Origin: an uncultured Candidatus Bathyarchaeia archaeon
Lineage (GTDB): Archaea > Thermoproteota > Bathyarchaeia > Bathyarchaeales > DTEX01
Direction: 5' to 3'
DNA: 64,000 nucleotides
NCBI GenBank assembly: GCA_964600125.1
Contig: CAZRIK010000002.1
Span: 292-64,291, forward strand
Shown here: in pieces, positions 28,240 through 36,403 of the stretch
Layout of the letters: each line of letters begins with the position of its first letter
Position numbering within the stretch: the first letter of the stretch is position 1
Notes under the pieces: model-generated
Databases searched by the model: none
What the model was told of the DNA's origin: nothing
Seen by the model: the letters and a program-made list of their open reading frames with translations, nothing else
Made by a program: the position numbers and the translations under genes

Positions 28240-29280
28240 GTGTTAAGGTTTGAGCGTACTCGAAAATATCTAGCTACTCGGGATCTGAGGGTTGGAATTC
28301 TTTTCAATATAATACCTTATGTGGCTTCTAAAGGGGACATTGACCACGTTTCAGAGGCTAATGTTCAAGACCACGTTAAAGCAGTTCAGGAAGCTGTTAT
28401 GAAGCTCCGGCTGTCTTGTCACTTACTCCCTGTCAAAGATGATATTAAATTCCTCATTGATTCATTGGAATTGTTTCGGCCAGATGTCGTTGTGAACCTC
28501 TGTGAGGCCTTTTTTGGGTACAGCCAATATGAGATGAATGTGCCTGCAATACTTGAGCTGTTGAGGATACCCTATACCGGTTCGCCGCCCCTGACCCTAG
28601 GCTTGTGTCAAAACAAAGGTTTTACAAAACATGTTCTAAGAGCTAACGGGATCCCTACTCCAGATTATCAGATTCTTGAAAGTTATAAGGTTTGGAAGGG
28701 GGGAATCGACTTCCCCTTAATCGTGAAACCTTTAAGAGAGGATGCGAGTCTCGGTATTACTAGAAAGAGCTTTGTCAGAACCAACCGGCAACTTAAGGCG
28801 CGAGTAGACTACATAAACAGGCGATACAAACAGCCAGCTCTGGTAGAGAAGTACATAGATGGCCGGGAGATTAATGTGTCAATTCTTGGCTATGAAAAAC
28901 CCAGGACTTTACCAATCTCAGAGATCATTTTTGAATTCAAGGGCGAACCAAAAATTGTTGACTATTCAGCAAAGTGGCTAGAAAAAAGCGAAGAATATAA
29001 GAGGACTAAGCCAGTGTGCCCAGCAAAACTAACGCCTTCTTTAGAGAAGCTTGTGAAAAGAACAGCTTTGAAGGCTTATAGGTTGTTGAATTGCAGGGAC
29101 TATGCTCGGGTCGACATGCGCCTAAAAGATGATACTCCTTTCGTTGTGGAAGTCAATGCCAATCCTGATATTTCGCTTGATGCAGGTTTTACTCGCTCCC
29201 TGAGAGTAGCTGGAATAAGCTACAAAAGATTCATTGGAGAGATAATTTCATTTGCAATCCAGCGGAGCTCCCTATACTAA
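28240..29280 (+). CDS. ATP-grasp enzyme of the D-alanine--D-alanine-ligase-like family
   Basis: Ddl-like pattern throughout: RVGILFN..., PDVVVNLCE, IPYTGSPP, PLIVKPLREDASLGI, EKYIDGREINVSILG, RDYARVDMRL...VVEVNANPD. Confidence 0.8.
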   Translation: MLRFERTRKYLATRDLRVGILFNIIPYVASKGDIDHVSEANVQDHVKAVQEAVMKLRLSCHLLPVKDDIKFLIDSLELFRPDVVVNLCEAFFGYSQYEMNVPAILELLRIPYTGSPPLTLGLCQNKGFTKHVLRANGIPTPDYQILESYKVWKGGIDFPLIVKPLREDASLGITRKSFVRTNRQLKARVDYINRRYKQPALVEKYIDGREINVSILGYEKPRTLPISEIIFEFKGEPKIVDYSAKWLEKSEEYKRTKPVCPAKLTPSLEKLVKRTALKAYRLLNCRDYARVDMRLKDDTPFVVEVNANPDISLDAGFTRSLRVAGISYKRFIGEIISFAIQRSSLY

Positions 29281-29457
29281 TTAACATTTCACCACTATAA
29301 CCTTCTTGTTTTCGCTGATCCATGTTATACTGGCTTCATGACTCTCAGGACATTTATAGACATCTCCAACCTTCAACTCCATTCTTCCCGCTTCCAAAAT
29401 AATCCTTTGTTGTTTTCTGTTAAACCAAGATAATAACTCGTTTCTCCTTAAACTCAT
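29281..29457 (-). CDS. hypothetical 58-aa protein
   Basis: ATG ORF (MSLRRNELLSWFNRKQQRIILEAGRMELKVGDVYKCPESHEASITWISENKKVIVVKC) just below the ORF-track cutoff. It is convergent with the ATP-grasp gene. Confidence 0.3.
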   Translation of the reverse strand: MSLRRNELLSWFNRKQQRIILEAGRMELKVGDVYKCPESHEASITWISENKKVIVVKC

Positions 29458-29558
29458 AAGGATATCTGGAGCCTCACCATCTTGAGAAGAAAAGCCTTAC
29501 ACTTTAGTACTGGATTGGGACACCAAAAAGATTATCATTAATCACGCCATAATTATTT

Positions 29559-29756
29559 ATGATAAACATGGCTGTGATTTTTGAGCATGTGATCCACCGG
29601 TTTCTTAGGGAGCATGGTGGGTCGGCTTTGAAGAAGGAGATTTATAAGGCCTTGGGTGACGACTCAGAGTCTAGGAGAACAATTGATGATAAGTTGAGGA
29701 TGATGGAACGTTTCGGACTCGTCATCATTAACGGAGAAGAAGTGAAGGTCAAGTAA
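29559..29756 (+). CDS. small winged-helix-like DNA-binding protein
   Basis: 65 aa. FLREHGGSALKKEIYKALG...RTIDDKLRMMERFGLVIINGEEVKV has a wHTH-like layout. Confidence 0.4.
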   Translation: MINMAVIFEHVIHRFLREHGGSALKKEIYKALGDDSESRRTIDDKLRMMERFGLVIINGEEVKVK

Positions 29757-29889
29757 AAACCTCCAGCCTAGGCTTTTCCATGAAAGTTAAACCCAATTAC
29801 ATTTTACATTATTTAGCTGAAAAATTTATTGAATGGACGTAAACATAATAATCCTTTGCGACACCATGCTTAGGAGAAACCTGTCAAGA

Positions 29890-29899
29890 GTTAGCTAGC
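29890..29899. repeat. third copy of GTTAGCTAGC
   Basis: Exact match to 27502..27511 and 27566..27575. Confidence 0.7.
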
Positions 29900-30080
29900 A
29901 AGCTAAGATTCCTTAGGCACTATACAATAAAATGGCTAAAGGATTTCTTTTATCGTACCAATTTAGTTAATAATTTGGAATTGGAGCTAGCCAGCCATTC
30001 TAAGTATGCTGCTTGAGGTGGGAAGCCTCTACTTCATTCTCTTGCCTCGACGTTTGGGGGGCTAATGTTCATCGGTCTCG

Positions 30081-30356
30081 TTGAGCTTCGGGATGGTGCT
30101 AACTACAGTGATGGTTCTGCTGTCAGAAGTCACTCCCACCAAGTATAGGGGAGGGGCAATCGGGATGGACAGAACCTTCATGAGCTTAGGCGGATTGTTC
30201 GGTCCGCTTCTGTTCATAGCGATATACGAACTGTACGGCTCTTACTTCGCTTTTCTTTTAGGCGCTTCAATTTTCCTGTTTAACTTGGCGTTAATGCTGA
30301 CGGTTAAGCTGCCCAAAGCAGCGAAAGAAGACGAGAACAAGCAACATCCCGTTTGA
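30081..30356 (+). pseudogene. C-terminal remnant (last ~90 aa) of an MFS transporter
   Basis: LLSEVTPTKYRGGAIGMDRTF... aligns with the TM10-12 region of the intact MFS at 60069..61226 (LVADLTPKNERGLSFSIYF). Upstream sequence (30006..30080) has MFS-like hydrophobic coding broken by a stop. The N-terminal ~300 aa are absent. Confidence 0.6.
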
Positions 30357-30526
30357 ATACTTAACGTAACGTTCCATATTTCCTGCGAATGTTCCAATTT
30401 TGAATTAACGTCAAAAAAATTATCGACGCAAATCTAATTGTGGAAAACTACATTCAGAAATGAAGGAAAAACAAATATTCGCGGCACAATCAGAATTAGG
30501 CATTTCAGAACGTAGGTGAATGCTTC

Positions 30527-31525
30527 ATGAACTATCAAAACGTCGAATTGTATAACGTGGTTGAACTGTTGACGCCTGAAAACGGCGTCGGAAAATACAT
30601 GACTCGGCTTCCCAACAAGCTCAGGACAACCCTGAACCCAGCTGCAGAATCGAACGCGCTGTGTGCCGCTGGGACCGAGATTAGGTTCAACGTCGAAGGC
30701 AAATCGGCGAAGGTCACCTTGTCCAGCGACGGGTTAGGGATGGCTGAGGTCTTTCAGGGAAACTTCCACGTTTCTTGGCAAAACATTAACCCGCAGCCCA
30801 CGGAGTTCACGGTGAGCTTGCCTGATAACCTGAGCTTCCTGGATAAGGTCACTAAGGAAAGGGGTCTGCCGTTCGACCCGCATCTGACGAGGATTATTCT
30901 GCCCATTTATTCTCCGATAAGGTTCATAGGCGTCGAGGGGGAAACCTCGGTTCCCAGAAAAAGCCAAACGCCCAAGACGAAGTACCTTGCGTACGGCTCG
31001 TCAATCACGCATGGCGCATCCGCTCTGAGACCAACGGGCTCTTACGCCATGAGGACAGCTCAGCACCTCGGCGTCGATTTGATCAATTTGGGTTTCGGCG
31101 GAGGAGCCCACTGCGAAAATCAAATCGCTGACTACATGGCAGACCGCAAAGACTGGGACTTCGCGTCCTTAGAATTGGGAATCAACATGGTAGGCGGATT
31201 CTCGACCGAGGAGTTCACGAAAAGAGTGGAATACCTTATTGAGAGAATCGCAAAAGCCCACCCCGACAAGTGGGTGTTCGCCATCGACATATTCACCTTC
31301 GCAGCCGACTACGACCCTACCTCAGAGAAGCAGAACGAGTTCAGGAAGGCGGTCAGAAACGCTGTGGAGAAGCTGAACATGCCTAAGCTCGTCCACGTCG
31401 ACGGAAGAAGGATACTGAAAGACGCTTCGGGGCTGACGTTCGACCTCGTTCACCCAGCTGCAGCGGGCATGGAGGAAATGGCGTATAACCTGTCAAGATT
31501 CATAAAAACAAAGATTGGAAAATAG
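30527..31525 (+). CDS. SGNH/GDSL-type hydrolase
   Basis: Block I YGSSITHG and block V DLVHP (DxxH). 332 aa, with an N-terminal beta-rich domain. Confidence 0.65.
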   Translation: MNYQNVELYNVVELLTPENGVGKYMTRLPNKLRTTLNPAAESNALCAAGTEIRFNVEGKSAKVTLSSDGLGMAEVFQGNFHVSWQNINPQPTEFTVSLPDNLSFLDKVTKERGLPFDPHLTRIILPIYSPIRFIGVEGETSVPRKSQTPKTKYLAYGSSITHGASALRPTGSYAMRTAQHLGVDLINLGFGGGAHCENQIADYMADRKDWDFASLELGINMVGGFSTEEFTKRVEYLIERIAKAHPDKWVFAIDIFTFAADYDPTSEKQNEFRKAVRNAVEKLNMPKLVHVDGRRILKDASGLTFDLVHPAAAGMEEMAYNLSRFIKTKIGK

Positions 31526-31539
31526 AAAAAGTAAGCCCT

Positions 31540-31680
31540 TTATTTGAAGACCCTTTTTCCGATTAGTCCGCCGACTGCTCCGAGCGCTCCGCAAATTGCC
31601 GCTGCGACCGCGGAGAAAATGAACAATGTCATAACAACGTTCATGTCTGAAAGAACCTGAGGCGCCATGGCAGCATTCAT
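31540..31680 (-). CDS. small hydrophobic protein (46 aa), possibly the frameshifted continuation of 31713..31916
   Basis: MNAAMAPQVLSDMNVVMTLFIFSAVAAAICGALGAVGGLIGKRVFK. The open frame continues upstream to the stop of the preceding gene in a different frame. Confidence 0.3.
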   Translation of the reverse strand: MNAAMAPQVLSDMNVVMTLFIFSAVAAAICGALGAVGGLIGKRVFK

Positions 31681-31712
31681 TGCGAAGGAGACGACCAGCG
31701 ACAAGGCGAAGC

Positions 31713-31916
31713 TTAGGAGAAACCCCTTTTGACGCCCGTTACTACGAGCCCAACCACAAAGAAGGTTAAGAAGAAAAGGATTGTCTGCGGACCTTCCAAG
31801 TCGAAGGACCTTAATGTCATGCTGACAGCGGACAAAGCAACTCCGACGATGACGGCGTAGACGACTTTGTTGTTCAACGATAATCCTCCAAAAACAATTT
31901 GCTTTAAAACATCCAC
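31713..31916 (-). CDS. small membrane protein (2 TM)
   Basis: 67 aa with two hydrophobic segments. Confidence 0.4.
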   Translation of the reverse strand: MDVLKQIVFGGLSLNNKVVYAVIVGVALSAVSMTLRSFDLEGPQTILFFLTFFVVGLVVTGVKRGFS

Positions 31917-32082
31917 AAACTATTACTGGCTAATAAACTTTCCAAAAAGTAAAATTTTTGGGTCCAAAGGTTCGTAGGTCAATAATTGGGTTAAAACACG
32001 TTTCTGTTCTTCCTATAAACCGTCCAGTCTGCCACTTCATAACCATTTTCTTTTTGGCAAGGGAAAGACGGGGTGAACCCAG

Positions 32083-32268
32083 ATGAAGCCAGAAACGCTG
32101 AAGCAGGAGCCTGTCGGAAGAAACGGCAAACTTGTAGAGGTAAAGCTGTTCATGGACGGCGCGTACTACTTCGTCTACGAGAAGGGCACGGTCTTCAGGC
32201 TCACAAAAATCGACCTCAAAACCGAAGAAACCGAAAAACACGAAACGCAGCAAGCCCCCAAACTGTGA
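32083..32268 (+). CDS. hypothetical 61-aa protein
   Basis: An SD-like GGGGTGA motif lies 7 nt upstream of the ATG. The sequence looks globular (LVEVKLFMDGAYYFVYEKGTVFRLTKIDL). Confidence 0.45.
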   Translation: MKPETLKQEPVGRNGKLVEVKLFMDGAYYFVYEKGTVFRLTKIDLKTEETEKHETQQAPKL

Positions 32269-32569
32269 AAAGCTTTTTCGCAGTCCGCACAAAAAAGAGA
32301 CCAAAACAAACAATGCACAAACATTCAAAAAAAGAAAAACAAACCCAGCCAAAAACAGACGCTTCTTCACAAACAGCGATTTGTTGTTCAAACAAAAAAT
32401 CCTATTGTTGAACAAATCAGACCAGTCAATACTTGAATTTGCACTCCAAAACAACAGAAAACTTGCAATGCAAATCAGAACAGGTCTTTAAAGCTAAGCA
32501 TCGTCACGCAAACAGAAAAACAGTGTCACACAAAACAGACTAGACGCGTAAAGACAGGCACAGGAATCA

Positions 32570-32752
32570 TCATGCGTTACCTTTCACGGTCTTGACGGCT
32601 CCCCACAGCAGCTCCTCGACGAACTCCGAAAAAGACAGCCTTTCGTCCTTGCTTAGCTTTTTTCGGGCTTCTTCGTACCAGAGCTGGTTAAGCTTCCTTA
32701 AAAGCCCCTCCGACAGGGACAGCGACTTCGACCGCTTCTTCGGGAAGCTCAC
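32570..32752 (-). CDS. ribbon-helix-helix (CopG-like) protein
   Basis: 60 aa. SLSLSEGLLRKLNQLWYEEARK...SFSEFVEELL is an RHH pattern. It overlaps the upstream gene by 4 nt. Confidence 0.55.
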   Translation of the reverse strand: MSFPKKRSKSLSLSEGLLRKLNQLWYEEARKKLSKDERLSFSEFVEELLWGAVKTVKGNA

Positions 32753-33045
32753 TCCAGCTGCACCTCCACAGGCAGCCTGTTGCTAAAATACGGTGGACTG
32801 TGCACTCGGCAAACGTAGACCATGCCAGTCAACAGCTCGTCTCTTTCCGCATGAGCCAAAAGGTCCCAAGACGGGTCATCCTCGTTCCTGTACGTTTTAG
32901 GGTCCAAGTCAGGCGCGTAAGGCTCCATCACTGAGCCGCACAGAGGACAAATCCTGTAGCAGTCGCACGTCACCACGATGGGAACGGGGCTGTCCCGACG
33001 AACCGTTTTCCCGCAGCAGCCGCAGACTCCTTGAACCAAACCCAA
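32749..33045 (-). CDS. Cys-rich zinc-ribbon protein
   Basis: 98 aa with CGCCGKT...CDCYRICPLCG. Confidence 0.5.
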   Translation of the reverse strand: MGLVQGVCGCCGKTVRRDSPVPIVVTCDCYRICPLCGSVMEPYAPDLDPKTYRNEDDPSWDLLAHAERDELLTGMVYVCRVHSPPYFSNRLPVEVQLE

Positions 33046-33116
33046 ACGAGACCCTCCGATAAAGAATTTAAAAAAATAAAAAAAAGTGGAAACTGAATGC
33101 CATGATTATTGTTTTT

Positions 33117-34064
33117 TTAGCAGTTCACGATTCTGGCGACAGCGTCCTTTCGCAGTGTTCCGAGTCCGTACCTGATTGTGCAGATTACGCCTTGATTCAG
33201 CCGCTCCTCGTAGGGTTGCGTAAGAATGTCTCTGCGTAGAAGCATCACAGCAGCCTTAGAAGTGTCGACCAAATGAACCTTAGCGGACGAGCAAAGGTCC
33301 GTCTCGACAATCCTGAACCCAAGATACGTCTCGCCCAAAACGCCGCGGCTAACGTCAACGTTGTTGCCGAAGTAGAAGCTGTGAATGAACTTGTCGTCGT
33401 TCCACAAGTCCGCAACCTGGTCCGGATGAACCAAAGCAACGTCAGGCGTGTACCCCGCCTTCCGCACCGCAGTCCAAGCCTCAACCAAATCCGACCAAGC
33501 CAGCTTACCCGCAGCGTCCGCAGAAATTTCAGCACCGCCAGCAAGGTTGCCTGCAGAAATGCCTTCGTACAGTGAAACCGCGTCCTTCGTCAATTGCTCT
33601 TCCAGCAGCTGCGCAGCGTCCTTAACCGCCCGCTCAATCACGTTGAACGGCACGTCCTCCAAGTAAGCTTGGCTGAACAACGCGTCGTACCCGTACTCGC
33701 AGTTGACGTTGACATCCACAGTTTCGAAATGCTCAGGAGTCTGCAGCGGCGGACCATCGTTGACCCGCCACGCTGTTCCACGCTTGCTCAGGTAGAAACG
33801 AACCTTCGGGCTTCCAGTCGGAACAACCCAGATGAGGTCTCGACCGACAGCCATCTTCTTGGCAGCCTCCACGGCAAGGTCGTAAACCTTCCCAAGCGCC
33901 TGCGCGACGTCGCTGAGCACGTACTCCTTCATGGTCCTCTGGAAAAGCACGTTGCCCCTGGCTTTGCCGACGAAAGATTCTTCCCAAGCGTTCTCGCCTA
34001 GGTCAGGGTCCCGCATCACGGCTTCCTTCAGAACATTGCGGTAATCCAGTATTCCATTGTTCAT
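33117..34064 (-). CDS. HK97-fold major capsid protein
   Basis: 315 aa. Its position after a prohead protease and a DUF2190-like gene fits an MCP. The C-terminal pattern (GETYLGFRIVETD...LLRRDILTQPYE...TIRYGLGTLRKDAVARIV) is typical of the HK97-family MCP / encapsulin fold. Confidence 0.7.
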   Translation of the reverse strand: MNNGILDYRNVLKEAVMRDPDLGENAWEESFVGKARGNVLFQRTMKEYVLSDVAQALGKVYDLAVEAAKKMAVGRDLIWVVPTGSPKVRFYLSKRGTAWRVNDGPPLQTPEHFETVDVNVNCEYGYDALFSQAYLEDVPFNVIERAVKDAAQLLEEQLTKDAVSLYEGISAGNLAGGAEISADAAGKLAWSDLVEAWTAVRKAGYTPDVALVHPDQVADLWNDDKFIHSFYFGNNVDVSRGVLGETYLGFRIVETDLCSSAKVHLVDTSKAAVMLLRRDILTQPYEERLNQGVICTIRYGLGTLRKDAVARIVNC

Positions 34065-34082
34065 TTTCCGTTTCCTCCCTTT

Positions 34083-34511
34083 CTAGACTCCTGCCCCGTG
34101 AACATCCGGGCAGACGAGGACGATGAACTGGTCATCAGCTTCGCCAGCGCTCATCAACGCGCGACCGCCAGATTTGCTTTCGTCCGCCACCAACGCCGCG
34201 ACCGCTCTTCCTTCGTTGTCCGTTTTCACTCCCGCTCCGGCTGACACTGCTCCGCCAGCGTACATTTTGACCACGCCATAAACGCAGACCGGAACGTAGT
34301 CGCCGTTGCTTCCTGCCTTCAAAGCTGTCCCAAAGACTGGTTCGCCTGAGTCAGCCTCGTGGACGAGCGGAGGCCAGTTTTCGCCAACTGTCACGGTCAC
34401 GAAACGTCCTTTCCTCACGTTGTCTTCGTCGCACTTGCACGTCAGAACTAAAGAGTTCGCTGAGATTAGTTCTCCGAGAACTGCTTCTGGAACAAGATCC
34501 TCAGCAGCCAA
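34083..34511 (-). CDS. DUF2190-like head decoration/cement protein
   Basis: 142 aa, Gly/Ala/Val-rich. GTALKAGSNGDYVPVCVYGVVKMYAGGAVSAGAGVKTDNEGRAV fits the DUF2190 pattern. It is located between the protease and the MCP. Confidence 0.5.
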   Translation of the reverse strand: MAAEDLVPEAVLGELISANSLVLTCKCDEDNVRKGRFVTVTVGENWPPLVHEADSGEPVFGTALKAGSNGDYVPVCVYGVVKMYAGGAVSAGAGVKTDNEGRAVAALVADESKSGGRALMSAGEADDQFIVLVCPDVHGAGV

Positions 34512-34623
34512 TTTGCGCTATTCCTCCCTTTCCTTATCATGTTTGTTTGCTTCCGCCGTTCCTTCGCGGCAGAAGGCGTCACGAAAGTGACAATGACCAA
34601 CGAATCCTAAAATTGTTTGAGCT

Positions 34624-35547
34624 TCAAGCATTTTTCGCGTTCTCCCCATTTTCGTGGTTCTCGAGCTTATGGATGAGGTCCTTCAATCTGCGGTTCTGGA
34701 GGTTTGCGCCGTAACTCCAGTGTTTCGGAACCCTTTCGTAACAAGCCTTCCTGAGGTCAGCCAAAACCTCGTCTCGGCTCACGAAGACTCTTTCATGAGT
34801 CGCGGAAGGCTCGATGACGGCTTCGCCTAGACGCCCGTTTTTATTGACGATTTTTTCCAGAGCATTGACACGGCTTTGAAGATTTTCCTTCTCCCTTCTA
34901 AGCGCCGAAATAGCAGATTCTGAAGGTTCCTGAACAACATGGCTGTCCTGCCTTTGGGCTTCTTTCAACCTCTTCACGATGGCTTCCCAAACCTGAACAG
35001 TCGCCGATGGGTCCCCAGGCTCAAACATCTTCAGAAGCGACAGCCCCGAGAATGTTATGCCGCGTGGTGCAACGCCGTCAACCTTTTCGAGGTTGTCCCA
35101 CTCGTACTCGACGCTGCAATGCCTGATTGTGCCGTCCTTTATCCAGCCCAGAACCTTCGGATCATCAAGCTCAGCCACAAACTCAACCGCTCCATCAGCG
35201 TACCATGCATCAGAAACCTTGCCATCCAACGGTTGATTGTGGTCTAAAAGAAGCGGAACGCCTCTCAACGAATCCGTAGCTCTTTTCAGTTCTTCCTCAA
35301 GGTAAACTCGGACACCTGGCCACTCCTCGGGATGAACGGTCTTGACCGGGTGGATGGCTTTCCCAATTACCAGATTGGCTTGTTGAGAAGAAACCTCGCC
35401 TTCCCAGCTGAAAAGTTTCGTTGAAGCCTCTTTTTCTAGTCGGGCTTGAAGGGCGCCACATATCCGCTTCGCGCTTTCTTCGGGTTTGCCTTGCGACACA
35501 AAGTCTTTGACGCAAGAGTCGAAGTTTTCCCATTTTCCGAACGGCAT
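34624..35547 (-). CDS. HK97-family prohead serine protease with C-terminal coiled-coil (scaffold-like) tail
   Basis: VPLLLDHN (catalytic His region), HCSVEYEW (Ser region) and GLSLLKMFEPGDPSATV are present. The N-terminal FGKWENFDSCVKDF...AKRICGAL motif is common in phage head proteins. The C-terminal REKENLQSRVNALEKIV segment is coiled coil. Confidence 0.7.
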   Translation of the reverse strand: MPFGKWENFDSCVKDFVSQGKPEESAKRICGALQARLEKEASTKLFSWEGEVSSQQANLVIGKAIHPVKTVHPEEWPGVRVYLEEELKRATDSLRGVPLLLDHNQPLDGKVSDAWYADGAVEFVAELDDPKVLGWIKDGTIRHCSVEYEWDNLEKVDGVAPRGITFSGLSLLKMFEPGDPSATVQVWEAIVKRLKEAQRQDSHVVQEPSESAISALRREKENLQSRVNALEKIVNKNGRLGEAVIEPSATHERVFVSRDEVLADLRKACYERVPKHWSYGANLQNRRLKDLIHKLENHENGENAKNA

Positions 35548-35799
35548 AAGACATCAAAAAAACCTTGAAACAGTCTCAAAATATAAGCCGTATCATAGAA
35601 AACAAACAAATAAAACACATTAAAGAAACAACATCAACCTAACAACGGCTTAAACCCGAATTCCACTGAATATCCCATTTTTACCAATATAATGCCGATA
35701 CCAAAAGATTGGATACGATTCTTCACAGTTCTCCGTTATTTAGTCCTGACAGAACAGTGCAGCGTACAATTAATAATTAAGATAAAGAAACGTAGAAAG

Positions 35800-35823
35800 T
35801 GAAGGGGACCCCCTTCATTTTTT
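35800..35823. terminator. perfect hairpin tgaagggg-ac-ccccttca followed by T6
   Basis: An 8-bp inverted repeat spans 35800..35817, followed by tttttt. It lies 11 nt beyond the stop of the minus-strand gene 35835..36203. On the plus strand it looks like an intrinsic terminator. Confidence 0.4.
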
Positions 35824-35834
35824 CCGTTTGATCG

Positions 35835-36203
35835 TTACACGTATTTTTGGCAGGTGCGGCAGTACCAGCGATTGTACTGTTGAATCAGCTCAAGCGGTTG
35901 GTTGCATGTAGGGCATCGAGGAACCTGCGCCTGGGGCTGCGGTTGTGGAGTAGGAGCATACGTTGGGGCAGGCGTTGGATAATAAGTGGCTGCGGGAGGC
36001 GGCATGGGTCCCTTGGCTATTAACCCGTAAACGAGGTAAATGAATCCAGCAAACGATATTATCCCACCAACAGTCATTATCATATAATCTACCGTAATGT
36101 CGAGGTCCGTGAGATAATACATTATGTCAGCGTACCCGAAACCATAGATGATTGAGCCGACTATCATAAGTAGGACTCCGCGAATTACTGCTTCTTTTCT
36201 CAT
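35835..36203 (-). CDS. membrane protein with Pro-rich linker and C-terminal zinc ribbon
   Basis: Three hydrophobic segments, a PPPAATYYPTPAPTYAPTPQPQPQ linker, and CPTCNQP...YCRTCQKY. Confidence 0.55.
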   Translation of the reverse strand: MRKEAVIRGVLLMIVGSIIYGFGYADIMYYLTDLDITVDYMIMTVGGIISFAGFIYLVYGLIAKGPMPPPAATYYPTPAPTYAPTPQPQPQAQVPRCPTCNQPLELIQQYNRWYCRTCQKYV

Positions 36204-36403
36204 ATTTTTTCGCCACCAATATTTTGCATCACAGTCTATTTATACCTTATCGGATGGGCTAACAATTTTCCACAGAAAAGCCACTAACCAACCATAGGAA
36301 ACGCATAAACCACAACTAACCTCGACTTGATTGTAACACAATTTTTTAAGCTTTTGTTTGTTTCTGTGCGAGTAATGCAAAATCCAAAGTTATCCACTAT
36401 ATT

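Larger units (their letters stand above)
32570..35547 (-). mobile_element. virus-derived HK97-type head-morphogenesis module (provirus remnant, capsid-only satellite or domesticated capsid)
   Basis: Five co-directional genes: prohead protease, DUF2190-like protein, HK97-like MCP, Zn ribbon and RHH. No terminase, tail or integrase gene is present in the window. Confidence 0.55.

Noticed and set aside
27690-29280. The 50-aa ORF ending in TEEGEYFIAESDKQ as a graspetide (omega-ester/amide RiPP) precursor for the ATP-grasp enzyme
   Set aside because: The ATP-grasp enzyme shows the Ddl-family pattern rather than a graspetide-ligase pattern, and the small ORF has no supporting conservation evidence. 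It is mentioned only as something a neighbourhood analysis could revisit.
31930-32454. 174-aa Phe/Leu-rich minus-strand ORF, and the 112-aa basic plus-strand ORF at 32073..32411
   Set aside because: Both are by-products of the extreme A+C skew of this tract. They have no start context, and they overlap the better-supported 61-aa ORF with an SD-like motif.
33117-34064. The HK97-fold protein as an encapsulin shell with cargo
   Set aside because: This is less likely. The neighbours are a prohead protease and a DUF2190-like protein, and a portal gene exists in the window. No ferritin/DyP/rubrerythrin-type cargo gene is adjacent. It is kept as an alternative in the finding.
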